64,000 nt of DNA from Octopus vulgaris. Lineage: Eukaryota. Shown in pieces: positions 32,611-47,822 of the stretch (its first letter is position 1; each line of letters begins with the position of its first letter). The translations under genes were made by a program, and so were the position numbers. The stretch is taken from assembly GCA_951406725.2 (NCBI GenBank), contig OX597821.1:75888001-75952000 (forward strand), in the 5' to 3' direction. The notes beneath the pieces were generated by a model. The model did no database searches and was not told the origin of the DNA. It was given only the letters and a program-made list of their open reading frames with translations.

Positions 32611-33117
32611 GCACTAGAGAGTAATTATGCCGGGTTGCTTACCGCTTATTCTCCATCAAATTCGAGATTCAATAGAAAAGCAAAGAAATATTATTGAAAC
32701 ACAAAAAATATAAACATAGAAAGTATACATTCCAGTTTAGACAAAAGGTCAAAATGACGTAATCAGCTTTCGTTGTTGTACTTAATAACAATCTAAAAGA
32801 TATTCTGTCTCATATTTTATTAAGGTTATGTAATGATATATATATATATATATATATAAATGTATATGTATATGTATATATATGCATATATATATATATA
32901 TATATATACATGTCTATGTATATGTATATATATTCTTTTAGTCTTTCATTTGTTTCAATCATTTGAGTGCGGCCATGCTGGAGCACCACCTTTCATCGAG
33001 CAAATTGACCCCAGGATTTATTCTTTGTAATCCTAGTACTTCTTCAATCGGTCTTTTGGGCTGAACTGATAAGTTACGGACATAAACACACCAACATCGG
33101 TTTATGAACACTCCCCA

Positions 33118-33189
<72 letters not shown>

Positions 33190-33270
33190 ACACACTTATA
33201 CATACATAAATTTATGTATATATGAGTATATAGAAATATGCACAGGCAAAAATGAGGCGTTTTATGTATC

Positions 33271-33342
<72 letters not shown>

Positions 33343-34020
33343 AACATGCTTATAGGTACACACTGACACACGCAAAAACACACGCACATATAGACACAGA
33401 CCTACGCAGGCGTACATATCTGGAGTGGCTTCTGGTCCTCAAGTTAAAGACTGCCAGTTAAAAAGATCATCCTATAAATAGTTCAGGTGCCATATTCGAT
33501 GTTTATCTCCGATTTCTCGCTGGTTCAGGAAAAATACGAAAGCCTTATGAAACTTTGATTTCTAATAAGCATTCATTTATACAACACAGGCGCAAATTGC
33601 TCGCCTTGTATTCATGCAGGAAACCCTCTAAGGTACATAGATTTGTATGTATATATGTAGGAAAGCATGTATGTATGTATGTCTGTATGTATGTATGTAT
33701 GTATGTATGTATGTATGTATGTATGTATGTATGTAGGTAAGTATGTATGTATGTATGTATGTATGTATGTATATATGTATGTATGTATGTAAAGATTGAT
33801 GTATGTATGTAAGCATGTATATTTATAAAGCCTAATCTACATATATCTATATAAATGCGTGCGTGAGATGTGTATAGCATATACATGTATATATATGTAT
33901 AAATATGTATATGAATAATGTATATTATCCGTATCCATCTATCTACTTATCTCTGTTACTCTCTCTCTCTCTCCCTTTCTCTATCTATCTATCTAGATAT
34001 GTGTGTATGCGTATATATAA

Positions 34021-34083
<63 letters not shown>

Positions 34084-34119
34084 CATATTATACGTAAATA
34101 TATACATATATACCTATGT

Positions 34120-34188
<69 letters not shown>

Positions 34189-34609
34189 TAGAATCGGAGA
34201 AAGTTATGGAACCAAGTGCATTACTTCTACGCTCGAAACCCGTTGCAACTTCCGCCGACTATAAATGTCTGTGTGTCTGTTTGTGTGTGTGTGTGCTATC
34301 ATCATCTTTCCAACCTACCTTTGTTTCAAGCTTTGTAATTAATAATTCAGATTTATAAAATGGTTTTGACATTCTATCTCTCCTCAACAATACAGAACTG
34401 CACTTCAAAACTCCCCGAATCTGTTGCTGGGGGGGGGGGGGGGGCTGCTCGAAATCCGTTGCTTCTGATATATTTCTCTTATTCAATACAATTCGTCTAT
34501 AAATGATATTTTCGAATACCGCTGTTAATGTGGCTCTTGATGTACATGCATTAAATGTGATACACAGAGGTTTCTATCTATCTATCTATATATCTATCTT
34601 TCTATCTGT

Positions 34610-34693
<84 letters not shown>

Positions 34694-35499
34694 AAAGCTA
34701 GCTAGCTATTTATCAATCAATCTATCTATATATCTAACTATTTAGCAAATTAACTATAAACGACACTACACAACAAAATTATTTCCTTTTGTGCCAACCA
34801 CAAATAAACATGTTCCGAAGTTGGTCCTTTTTAATATCCTGAAATATTACGCTCAGGAGTCATTTAGTATCCTCACTAAAATCGTTTATTTCAACCTGCA
34901 TAGATTTATCCAGTTGTTTACAAATAAACGAGTGCATGTCGCATTCTTGCAAAATGATAATCTCTCTGATTTGGTCAATTGGTTATTTATCGTCTGCTTT
35001 GTCCCATTTAATGGACGCTGTGGCAAAGAATCATCTTTTTCATCAGTTTACATGTCTCTCTCCCTTTCTGTCACTCTTTTTTTTTTTTCTGTTGAAGAAT
35101 GTTCAGTGCTGTTCTAGATAAGCCAAATTTAGTAGAAATTTTTGCAAATATTCGTTAAAACCCACTTTTTGTCCTGGAAAATTTCTCTCAAATCAATAAA
35201 GTTGCCTCCTTGTTAAACCGTATCATCGAATTTATTTATTGTCTTTCTAGCCATGTTATTCATCTGTATTCCACACTAAATTATAACCATACAGTAATCA
35301 AACTCAGAATTACAATTCAATGAAACTTTTGTCTGGTTTAAAGATGGTTGTTTTTCACATTATTTTACTAATTTCTAGCAAGATGGAATGAGCATCTTGA
35401 GAATTGGGTGTCAGAGCAAGGACCAGAAGTGATGAACCAAATAATAGTGGAATGATTATATGTGTATGCATGCGTGCGCGTGTGTGTGTGTGTGTGTGA

Positions 35500-36382
35500 G
35501 TGTATGTGTGTTTGTGTGTCTCTGCTTGTCCGCACCACCATCGCTTGACAACTGATACTAGTGTGTCTACGTCACCGTGAATTAGCGGTTCGGCAAAAGT
35601 GACCGATGGAATAAGTACTAGGCTTACAAAGAATAAGTCCTGGGGTCGTTTTGCTCGACTAAAGGCGGTGCTCCAGCATGGCTGCAGTCAAATGATTGAA
35701 ACAAATAAAAGAATAATAAAAGACAAACTTAAAAAACGAGAGCGGGAAAAACAGCAAAAGTCAAAAGGAAATTGACAGTAACAGGTTGATGTTCAGTTTA
35801 AGATAGGAAAGAAAGTGTGTGACGTTTCGTACATTGCAATATTTATCTCTCTAAGGTGGCAAGCTGGCAGAAAATTTGATACGCCGGGCGAATTGCTTAG
35901 CGGTATTCGTCTGACTTCACGTTCAGAATTCCACTGTGGTCGACATTGCCTTTTAGGATCGATAAATTAAGTAGCAGTTGCGTTCTGTGATCGATCTAAT
36001 TGACTGGCTCACTCCCCTTAAAATTTAGGGCCTTGTGCCTAGATTCGTTTCTTTTCTTTTGCCTGACTTGTTTCAGTCATTTAACTGCAGTCGTGCTGGA
36101 GCAATTAGTGGAACAAATTGACCTCAGGGCTCATATTTTGGAGGCTTAGTACTTATTTTATCGGTCTCTTTTACTGAATCGATAAGTTACGGGGACGTAA
36201 ACACACCAGCATTGGTGGTCAAGCGATGGTGGGGAGACAAACACAGACACACAAACATATACATATATATATATATGCATGTATGTATGTATGTATGTAT
36301 GTATGTATGTATGTATGTATGTATGTATGTATGTATGTATGTATGTATGCATGTATGTGTGTGTGTGTGTGTGTATGGATGT

Positions 36383-36422
<40 letters not shown>

Positions 36423-36592
36423 ATATATACGACTCGCTTCTTTCAGTTTCTGTCTACCAAATCCGCTCACAAGGTTTTGGTCAGCCCAAATTTAAAGTAG
36501 AGGACACTTGCCCAAGGTGCCACGCACTGGGACTGAACCCGGAACCGTGTGGTTGGGAAGCAAGCTTCATAACACCCAGCCACTCCTGCGCC
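35500..36592. mobile_element. SINE cluster: A tail (+, 35500-35712), B (+, 35855-36042), full A (-, 36066-36592). Other A tails lie at 27750-27900 (-), 28825-29010 (+) and 32933-33105 (-).
   Basis: Family motifs. Confidence 0.8.
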
Positions 36593-36890
36593 TTTGTATG
36601 CATGTATATATGCATGCAATTATGTATGTATGTATGCATGTATGTATGTATGTATGTATGTATGTATAGGTGCAATCACCTACTTCTGTGTAAGTTCCTT
36701 CCTCAGAGCGTGACCAGAGATTTTGGAGGCTTGACAGATGGATCCTACCTGTGGTACAACAGCATTTATTTTCCCTGGGGTTTATGTTAGAGGCGTACGT
36801 GGCTTTGGGATTTCAATAAGCAAGTATATATATATATATATGTAGGCTTGTATGTATATGTACATATATATTTAGATACGCATATATATA

Positions 36891-36922
<32 letters not shown>

Positions 36923-36950
36923 CATATCTATATATCTATGTATCTACCTA

Positions 36951-36996
<46 letters not shown>

Positions 36997-37217
36997 TAGG
37001 TAGAAAAATAGATATATAGATACATACATACATAGAAAGACAGATAAATAGATTGATAGATTGATAGGTATATAGTTTGACAGAGAGAGACAGACAGACA
37101 GATAGACAGACAGATAGACAGACAGACAGACAGATAGATAGATGCTATAGTTATATATTTGCATGTGTGTAAGATTACACACACACTCACACACACATAT
37201 ATAGGCGTACGAAATTC

Positions 37218-37258
<41 letters not shown>

Positions 37259-37681
37259 TATATGCTTGTATGTACGAATGTGTGCTTGTGTATATTCGTA
37301 GTACATTTACATGAATGTACATATGCATGTATATGTGTAAATATATATATATACATGTATGTATGTATGTATATATGTATACATGTATATGTGTTCACAT
37401 ATGAATAAAGCCTAATCCACGTTTCTCTCACGGCGTTCATTGAGGAAGCTTCACATTGTAAAAGATCTACAAGAGATGTTCTTGTTGTTGGTTTTTGTTG
37501 GTCAACATTTTTAGAGAGAAACTTCAGCTTCCAGCAAGTGAGTAATGTTTCCACAACATATGCTGAATATTCTCATGTGCTCTTGTCGAAATGTTTTATC
37601 ATACATAGATGTATACACGCACTTGCATATATACATGTATGTATGTATGTATGTATGTATGTATGTATGTATGTATGTATG

Positions 37682-37715
<34 letters not shown>

Positions 37716-37733
37716 TGTATGTATGTACGTATG

Positions 37734-37770
<37 letters not shown>

Positions 37771-37819
37771 ATGTACATACATATATAAATACGTACATAT
37801 ATATATTTGTATTTGTATA

Positions 37820-37888
<69 letters not shown>

Positions 37889-37952
37889 TATATATGTATA
37901 TATATATATGTATGTATGTATGCATGTTTGCATGAATGCATACAGTTATCTG

Positions 37953-38011
<59 letters not shown>

Positions 38012-38026
38012 GTATGTATATGTATG

Positions 38027-38074
<48 letters not shown>

Positions 38075-39826
38075 TATATATATGTGTGTGTGTGAGTGTA
38101 CTTTATAGACACGTATAAGTGTATATACACATACACACTTGCCTGCGTGTGTGACAATATGTGTATGTTTGTATTTATAATCTCCGAAATACCCTTATGC
38201 ACCCTTATGTAAATATGTAAATGTAAATTTACGAATTTGCATAATTTTGCTTTTAAGGAATTTTGGAACATCGTATCATTTGCAGAAATGATAGAAAGTT
38301 AGTAAAAGGTAGAAACGTGGAGAAAGACTGAGACATTTACAGACGGTGAGAAGACAGGCAGAAGAGCAATTGGCAGAGAGGATGGGGTAGGAAGCGCGTA
38401 AAGAGAGAGGAGGATGAAATGAAGCCTAGTCGACAATATTCAAATTAATTAGCGATAATATTCGGAAGGGTTTTAGGGAATTCTAGCAGATATGTGACCT
38501 AACTTGGTTCAGTTTTGGAACATCTAAGTGTAAATATGGGAACAGTTATGTCACATGTTAATTTGGAATCTAGAAAACAACCAGCATCGCTTCGTGTTAT
38601 ATCATCATTAATATCATTACCATGGCTGTAGGTATTATTATCCTGTTCAGACAGGGTTAGAACTGTTAAATCAGGTACAGTCTACAATCGAAGGACATTC
38701 CAGCAATGACCATCGCGTCTAATCATCTGAAACGATTTTCTCTTGACAACATTGCGTAATGTGCTTTCTTTCCAAGAGAAGGTAAGTTGTAATTTGAAGG
38801 AGATTTGACTGCTGTTTCGAGCAAACACGATGACCATGATGAATCCCGTTCTTTGCTGATGTCGATAATGTCGTTGTTGTTTCTGTTGTTGTTTTATGCT
38901 CTCTAAAAGAAATGGTTGCTAGAAAAATATAGTTTTCTGTAAAGGATAAAATATATGCAGTATAATTTTGACCAGCGCTTGTACAACACAACCACACAAG
39001 ACTTAGTAGGCACTGGAAGAGTCGAATATTGTAGTTCAGAAGTAATATACATATTATAGTTTTCTGGTTGTTGTTGTTGTTATGTTGTTGTTGTTGTTTG
39101 ACGACAATTGAGGCCTAATCTAGGAAGTATTTAGCAAAAATGTAGTCGGTCATATTTTATTCAATAGAAAATTACATTGTTCAATGTGTCCTGCATTCTC
39201 TTATAATACTGTAGGGTATCATTTCAGAGTGATTTGGTTGCAATTTTTAGCAGATCGAGTGACTTATGGCTACTGCTGCTGCTGCTGCTGCTGCTACTAC
39301 TACCGTTGTTGTTGCTGCTGCTCCAGATTTCTGTTGAACATCACTATATACTAAGTCGTTGTTTGTTTGGGGCACAGTCTATGTGGGACTACATTAACAA
39401 ATATACCCTTCAAAGGAGACGGAACTATCTCGTTTGGCGGGGATGACTGGTATTTCTAGAAGGTCAAGAAATATTTTAACGAGGTTGTTCAATATAATTA
39501 TGGCGATAAGTGAAAACACTTAATGAGGCTAAAGACTTCGTAAAATATTTAATGTTGAATTTATTCATTGTTTCGGAAATACAAACTAGAACGAATAACC
39601 TTCAATTATCGCTTTTCAGGTAAAAGATTCCAGTATGACACCTGAAGGTTAACAAATCTTAGTGATGTGTTGGTCTCGCAAATCCCTGATTATAGCTAGC
39701 ACGTGACTCGAGTCACGGGATTGACTTAATCTACTTTCATTTTTTCACCCGATATATTTATTTCGGGAATTTACTGATAGCTACAGTGTGAATAACGTTG
39801 TAAACACACACACATCTGCACACACT

Positions 39827-39875
<49 letters not shown>

Positions 39876-40049
39876 GCACGCACGCACACACATATGCTTA
39901 AATATATAATTTGACTTTGGATATATTAGTACTAAATTCAACTTCATTTATTAGTAAATGTTAGTGTAAGTAATGGTAGTGATAATCATTCAAGTGGATT
40001 AGTGATCTTATCTAATTTTCCATTATTAAGGATTACTGTTGATTAGTGT

Positions 40050-40960
40050 GATGAAGATTAAATACCAGTAACATTCCGCTGAATATTTCGACTATGGATT
40101 TATCCCCTCACAGAGAACGTTTGCGAAAGCGATGTTATCCTGTAAGTATGATAGTATTATCAAATGACATCCAATAACTTTTTGGGATGTTAAAACGCTT
40201 TGGAGACATAACAAGTACAGCTACAAATTGAGCAAAGAAAACATTGAATCAAGTGTTAAGAGAAAGTGGGCTTGAAATAGACTAAGGTCTCCAATATAAT
40301 TCCAAACGCTGCTTAACCAAAAAATAATGGTCAGACTTTAATTTTGCCTGAAATGTCTTTTGTGATTTCAACTCTCTTGACTCAGGTTGAACGTGAAATT
40401 ACTACGCAATCGTTTTGAGCAACTCTCCACCGTTGAATCACTTTGAAGAAATAATCTAGGAAGTGAAAAGACAAGTAAATGGGGAACTGCAATTGAAGTA
40501 GTTTACCCTGAAAATTGATCAATACATTTTAGAGGATATCGGAGTCCTTCTGATGGCGTGTGTCGGATTTTGGATGGTAATCAGCATGAACGTGAATTTT
40601 TTTGTTTTTTGTACAGAGAATTATGATAAGTTCCATAAGAGAAACAATATTAACGAAGTTGAGACTTATTTCATGAAAAATGCAATTCCACTGAGGAATA
40701 TAATAGTTTGTAGAGCTGTTATCGTACGTAGATATAGTGGCTCCCTCGTTTAAAAAGTGCTGTTTCTGGTTATTTGAAAATTCTGCGTTGTTCACCATCA
40801 ACAGTTGGCTACGTTTGCCATTATAATAACAGAACGTCTGCGAATGCATTGAGATTCAACAGTGATCATACTTTAATTAACTTCATCGTTTTGCGACACT
40901 TGGGGACAACCTTTCTGAAGAGTAAACAGCTTGATGAAAGCCGGACGGTATAATGTGTGA
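40050..40960 (+). mobile_element. Decayed hAT (Charlie/Buster, ZBED8/SCAND3-like) transposase remnant
   Basis: HSAEYFDYGFIPS..VLSND (~40070-40170), NEVETYFMKNAIPLRNIIVC..RRYSG, and FCVVHHQQLA (CxxH motif, ~40781-40810). Confidence 0.6.
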
Positions 40961-41082
40961 TAAATTTCATTTCTCAGATTTATTTCCCAAGGTTAATTTG
41001 ATAAGCAAACTTTTTCAAATAGGGAGAAACAAAATAAAGTTATATTATTTAATACTATATACGCAACAGTGGCCTCTCACTA

Positions 41083-41292
41083 AGGCGGCGAGTTGGAAGA
41101 ATCGTTACCGCAGCAGAGAAAATGCTTTGCAGCTTTTCTTCCTTCTTTACGTTCTGACTTCAAAGTCCACCGATGTTGATTTTGCCTTCCATCCATTTGG
41201 AATCGATAAAATATACCAGACGTGTACTTGTATCAATTTAATCGATTACCCACATCCTGCAAAATTTCAGGCCTCGTGCCTATATTGGAAAC
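41083..41292 (+). mobile_element. SINE family B, diverged
   Basis: Head and Meta-like domain. Confidence 0.7.
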
Positions 41293-41880
41293 AATAATGG
41301 CCTATCGTCCTCTGAACTGGTTAGTTACGTACCTTCTAAACTCATGCACATCGGACCCTTCGTCTGACCACCTCTCATCAGCCTTGTTATGTCCACTTCA
41401 CTTTGGCTTATATCAAGCAATCCCCCAGCCCTCCTTACCACCAACTATTTGAAATCCCCTCCCTGTTTCTGCCTTTCTAACGTGAAACAGTTTAAACGAA
41501 ACGTTAGGGATATCAATCACTTCCTTTCATAAGTCAGGCACAGCTTCTGCCATGGTTGGTATCTAAAAAACGGTGTGTCGAGCAATTCATTAGTGCAATG
41601 GATCCCGGTGATCATTGCATTGAACTGCCAAATGATAACCATGTTTATTCTGGGTATTTGAAGCAATGTTCAGCAATGCGAAGGATCGAATTTCCGATGA
41701 GCATTCCAAGACAGCCACTGAAAGCATTTAAAAGAAACCTAACAAATGATTATATCAAATAGGATGAAAACATTATTGAATAATGAAATAAGTAAATTTA
41801 GATCCAAACCACGCAGTTATATCATCAGGTGTCTTGGGTAAATTTCGAACCTGGGTTCTCATTCCTAAGGTATTTTTCGA

Positions 41881-41953
<73 letters not shown>

Positions 41954-42053
41954 GAGTGAGAGAGCAGTGCATGTCATCAAAGTGACACTGGGGTAAAATA
42001 TACGCATATTTTACCCCAGTGTCACTTTGATGATATGCACTGCTCTCTCACTC

Positions 42054-42085
<32 letters not shown>

Positions 42086-42555
42086 CCATCATGACTACTC
42101 ATCTGATAAGGGTACAACAGGCACATGCATCACAACCATATGTGTGCGACATGGTAATCTCATATCTAAATAAACAGCGCATGACCTTGCAGTTAGAATT
42201 TTCTTCTAGTCGAGTAACCCATCCTGCTCAAAAGGTCCCTGAATAGGGATTGTTTAAGGATGTTGAACGAAACACCCATGTTTCCAAGGTGAATTATCCA
42301 AATCCCAAAGAATCCCTCTTAACACATGGCTATGATGCTCCTCCACCACTTCTGCTCGTGATCAGAGATGCACATATCGTCAGCCACCAAAGGACATACT
42401 CAACTGGTTATGGTTAAACAATTGACAAGCAAATCTGTGGTACTGAGCAGAATATTTGCTGTAATCCATCTTTAATACCAAGACAAAACAATGTACATGA
42501 TAACACCTCCAATTAGGTATGATCAGAAGCCATGAGAGCCACTGCCTGGTACTGC
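41954..42555 (-). mobile_element. (TAA)n-tailed non-coding element, copy 2, with an inverted duplication of its 3' end
   Basis: Homologous to 1039-1563. Palindrome at 41954-42053. Confidence 0.8.
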
Positions 42556-42579
42556 ATTATTATTATTATTATTATTATT

Positions 42580-42653
42580 CATGTCACTGCCTGGAATCGA
42601 ACTCGGAATCTTCGGGTTAGCAGCTCGCGCTCTTAACCACTACGCCATATGCC
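42580..42653 (-). mobile_element. tRNA-like SINE head followed by (AAT)n
   Basis: GGCATATGGCGTAGTGGTTAAGAGCG..GAGTTCGATTCC carries A and B boxes. The acceptor stem does not pair, so it is not a tRNA. Confidence 0.7.
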
Positions 42654-43914
42654 GTCAAATGTAAACAATATAAATAATGAACAGTAAATAGAACGGCAAC
42701 TTATTCATTATCAACCCACTGAAGACACCCCTACCCGACCGGTCAAACTGCTAGAAATAACAGTAATTAAACCATTAAATCGTACTCTTTTATCTTAGAA
42801 ACGGAAACACATTCGATAACGTTATCCTAGGTGCAATTTTTATCTAAAAAATGACGGTATGATCAAAGCTGGAGTACCTTCGATTGTAGGTAGGCTCGAT
42901 CCGGGTTGACCTGGCACTAAGCAACAACATCATCAACAACAACAATACGATAGTAACAACAAGAGCGAATGTATTTTAACTGCTTCATGCCTTCTTTTGA
43001 TCCCCCTCCTCCTCCTCCTCCTCCTCCTCCTCCCCCCCTTCCCCAACCGCCCACCTCGTTTGTCTGGTCTCGTGCCAAAATTTGAAATCTTTATTAGTTG
43101 TTTGAAGAGTTCCTTTTGTCGACGTCTGGTCCTCGATTCTGATACTGTCTGCGGGTATAGAACATGGTAAGCTTGTTGTTGTTGTTGTTGCTGTTGCTGC
43201 TGTTATTGTGGTTTTAATTTTTACCTCTTTTTTTTTGTATTTTTGGTGGAGGGGGAAGATGGGTTGAATTGTTGAGCGTCTGAAAGGAATGCGTGGTGCA
43301 TTTATTAATGTCAAACTTAAATAAATAGTCGATCACTCACAATCTAAAACACATTGATTTTAAACGTATTTCTCGTTCTGGCTGCTAAATCACACAGCTT
43401 TTCTTTTTACATATTATTCGACCTTAGAACATTTTCCCGTATTCTGGATTCAATGAGATGGAAATATGGCGTACCTTCATGTCTATGAACAATGGTTAAG
43501 GAAAAGGCAAGATAATTCGTAAATTTGTAATAATAGCTCGTAAACATGATATACAGCCATTTAGATTGTACAGAAAAGATGGAATCTGAAAATGAAAATC
43601 AAGTTGAAATCAAGTCAATCAAACATTTGACTTAATAAACAATGGAACAATGGCCGACACATAACATTTAAGAATTCGATTGATGAATAACGTTAACAGC
43701 TAAAATATGCATCTATATCTTCTGTGTTTATGTGAAGCTATATAATTATGTATAAACAGAAGAGAGAAGCGTTTTATCAGTGTGTTTATGTGTAGCTTAA
43801 TAGATACGTCTAAGAATTCGGCAGATTTGTTGTATGTCTGTGTATGTGTTTAGATGTACGTAATAACTAGTTATACATAAACACTATCCAGTTACAATCT
43901 ATATATCTGTCTGA

Positions 43915-43989
<75 letters not shown>

Positions 43990-44136
43990 CAAACATAGAT
44001 ATGTATGTATAAGTGTGGATGTGTGTATTTGTGTTTATATAGCGTACAGTGTAAGACTATTGTATAATTCCGGTTGTGCTCTCTTTCAATGTACGTGTAT
44101 CTGTACTTGAATGTGTTTGTGTGTTTATATGTATAG

Positions 44137-44173
<37 letters not shown>

Positions 44174-44175
44174 GG

Positions 44176-44770
44176 AGTTCAGTGACACCTTGGGCAAGTG
44201 TTCTCTACTGGATTCTCGGGCAAACAAAAGCCTTCTTGTAGACGGAAACTGAAAGAAGCCCATCGTATGTATGTATATATATATTTGTGTGTGAGTGTGT
44301 TTGTCTGTCTGTCTGTGCGGTTGTGTGTGTGTGTGTGGTCCCCAACACCACTTGATAACCTGTGCTGTCGTGTTTACGTCCCTGTAGCCTAGCGGTTAGG
44401 CAAACAAACCGATGGAATAAGTACCAGTCTTTCAAAACATAAGTACTGGGGTCAATACATTCGAAAACATTCTTCAAGACGGTGCTCCAGCATGGACACA
44501 GTCAAATGACTGAAACAAAGAAAAGATAAAAGACATATATAGCCGCAGGCGTGGGTGTGTGGTAAGAAGCTTGCTGCCGAACCGCATGGTTCCGGGTTCG
44601 GTCCCACTGCGTGGCACACTGGAGAAATGTTTTCTACTATAGCCTGGGGCCGGCCAAAGCTTTGTGACTGGATTTATAGACGGAGACTGAAAGAAGCCCG
44701 TCGTACACGAAACCGTATCGTTTACATTCATATAGCGCAGGAGTGGCTGTGTGGTAAGTAGCTTGTTTAC
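44176..44770 (+). mobile_element. Tandem SINE A copies or partials (44176-44530, 44543-44703, 44735-44770)
   Basis: Family motifs. Confidence 0.8.
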
Positions 44771-44822
44771 GTTTATTAGGTATAAATAAAGTTAAGAAAA
44801 TTTGTGTATATGAAAGTACATA

Positions 44823-44862
<40 letters not shown>

Positions 44863-45331
44863 CACACAAATACATACATTCATCCGTACGTCCATATATA
44901 TACACAGAAACACTCACATATACTTACACACATATATACATCCATACGCACACACATATCAATGCATATGTATGTACATGCGCGGAAACATTTATATGTA
45001 TGCACATTGATACATACATCTATGTATAAATATATGTGTATGTATATATATTTGTGTGCGTGTGCGTGTGTGTGTGTGTATTCAAGTGTGTATGTAGAAG
45101 GTTGAAATGTAACACACGATTTGATATGTATAAGGAACATAAGACAAGGTAGAAAATGTTAAAATAATTTTATCATGAACAACATTTTAGTACCGGTTTC
45201 AGCCTTTGCGACTTTTCAAACAGTCAAATTGTGAAGAAATTAAATGGAAGATTCTTCTTTAAATATTTCCATAGTTTTCAAATACATAGGACATTTTCCT
45301 TTTTTCTGTCTCTGTCTGTCTGTCTGTCTCC

Positions 45332-45368
<37 letters not shown>

Positions 45369-45609
45369 ACTCTCACTCTCTCTCTCTCTCTCTCTTTCTT
45401 TTACTTTTATTAAGGCTCGGTTGGTAGGTTGTAGCAGATCTGCTAATTGAAAACTATAGAAATATTTTTAAAAATCATTTCATTTAATTTTTCCATAATT
45501 TAATTGCTTTTCGTGCATTACTCTAAGTTGCAAAATTCACAAAGACTGAAACCGGTACTAAAATTATTTGATCATATTCTAACTTGTCCTATTTTTTTAT
45601 ATAAATACA

Positions 45610-45652
<43 letters not shown>

Positions 45653-45664
45653 TCTTTATTCTTT

Positions 45665-46035
45665 CATTCGTTTACTCGTTTCAGTTAATTACTACGACCA
45701 TGCTGGATTAACCCCTCTAGTCGAACAAATTGACCCCAGGTGCTATTCTTTGTAAGCATACTACTTATTCTATTGATCTCTTTTGCTGAACCACTATGTC
45801 ACGGGGATGCAAACATACCAACATCAGTTGTCACGCGATGGTGGTGAACAAACACATACATTAATACATACATATATACGACAGGTCTCTTTCAGTTTCC
45901 ATCTACCAAATCCACTCACAAAGCTTTGATAGGCCCGAGGCTATAGTAGAGGCACTTGCCCAAGGTGTACGCAGTGAGACTGAACCCAGAGCCATGTGGT
46001 TGTGAAGCAAGTTTCTTACCACACAATCACTCCTA
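45665..46035 (-). mobile_element. SINE family A
   Basis: Family motifs. Confidence 0.8.
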
Positions 46036-46747
46036 TATCATGCACTCACATACATTTGGTCAAACAAAGAAGATAAAAGTACTCAAGAAAAATAATCAAA
46101 TGTATTTAAGACTGATATTTCATTTTGTCACCACTCAGATGACAAAAAGATGATTCGAGGACTCTATTTGAGAAGGTTCACAAAATAAAAGCATGAGTTT
46201 TCGATCTGTTAATTTTCATTGGTTGGTTCTCATCAAGTAATTAGACATCCCCAAAATATAGGGCCAGCAACCTGTTGATTTGTGAAGGCAAAAGGATTTC
46301 TGTAGAAATAATCAGTCTGCCTCTCACTTGTTACAGAATGGGAGACTATTAAAACAGAGTTAGTAATAAGTCAAGTGAGTCACGTAGTGTTGTATAGAAG
46401 GTGAATATTACTTTGTATTCTTAACTTTAGCCAATGAACTGTATGAGTAATGAAGGATTTGTTACCCAGACTGATATGGTAACTTTTCAGGAGGAAATTG
46501 TTCAGCTATTTTCACGCAAAACGACATTTCTGACTTCCCATTTGATATATTGAAATGTTGAGTTTAAATGTGATACTTCTCAATCAAGCAAATATTGCAT
46601 CTTTTTTAGCAATTTAATCCTTTTGATACCAACCTACCTGAGACTGTCCTCAATGTTATATATTATACTTATATTATGAAATGATATAAAGCTATCGATT
46701 TTAAAGTGCTTATTTAATTAAAGCCTATTATAATCATATGTTGTTAT

Positions 46748-47119
46748 TCTTTTATCTGTCTCAGTCATTTGACTGCAGCCATGCTGGAGTACCACCTCTA
46801 GTCGTGCAAATCGACCCCAGGAATTATTCTTTGTAAGTCTAGTACTTATTCTATTGGTCTCTTTTGCGGTGACGTAAGCACAAGAATATCGGTTGTCACG
46901 CTATGTTAGGAGTGGGGGTAAACATATGCACACACATACATATATATCCATACACACGACGACTTCTTTCAGTTTCCATCTACCAAATCCACTCAGAAGA
47001 TTTTGGTCGGCCTGAGACTATAATAGAAGAAACTTGCTCAAGGTGCCACGCACTGGGACTGAACCTGGAACCATGCGGTTGGTAAGGAAGCTACTTACCA
47101 CACAGCCACTCCTGCGCCT
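46748..47119 (-). mobile_element. SINE family A
   Basis: Family motifs. Confidence 0.85.
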
Positions 47120-47357
47120 AAGTTAATGCTCAAAAAACATTACATTTACATTAATGCGATACGAGCACAATATCATTAGGGGAAAAAAGATGTACATTTG
47201 GATGTTATACGTGGTCTTAAGAATTCATTTTAGTTGACTCATGTATTCCTATTATTTTAAGGAAATTCATTCCTCCAAAATACTAGATATTGAGCTAGTA
47301 TTCCCTTGGATGAAACCATACTTTCATGAGGTTTACACATCCTCTAATTAAATTTAG

Positions 47358-47691
47358 TGAAGGTGCATGGCTCAGGGTTAAGGCGTCAAGCTTACGATCG
47401 TGAGGTTCTGAGTTCGATTCCATGACTGGGCTGCATGTTGTGTTCTTGAGTAAGACACTTTATTTCACGTTGCTCCAGTTCATTCAGCGGTAGAAATGAG
47501 CTACGATGTCACTGGTGCCAAGCTGTATCAGCCTTTGCCTTTCCCTTGGATAATACTGGTGGCGTGGAAATGGGAGACTGGTATGCATGGGCGACTGCTG
47601 GTCTTCACAAAACAACCTTGCCCAGAATTTTGCCTCGAAGAGTCACGTTCTAGGTGCAATTCCATGGTCAGTCATGACCGAAGGGGGTCTC
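47358..47691 (+). mobile_element. tRNA-derived CORE-type SINE
   Basis: tRNA-like head and CORE-like GTGTTCTTGAGTAAGACACTTTATTTCACGTTGCTCCAG. Confidence 0.75.
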
Positions 47692-47711
47692 TAATTGATT
47701 AAATTTAATAA

Positions 47712-47822
<111 letters not shown>

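Noticed and set aside
42580-42653. Possible tRNA gene
   Set aside because: It has A and B boxes, but the acceptor stem does not pair and it runs into (AAT)n, so it is a SINE head.
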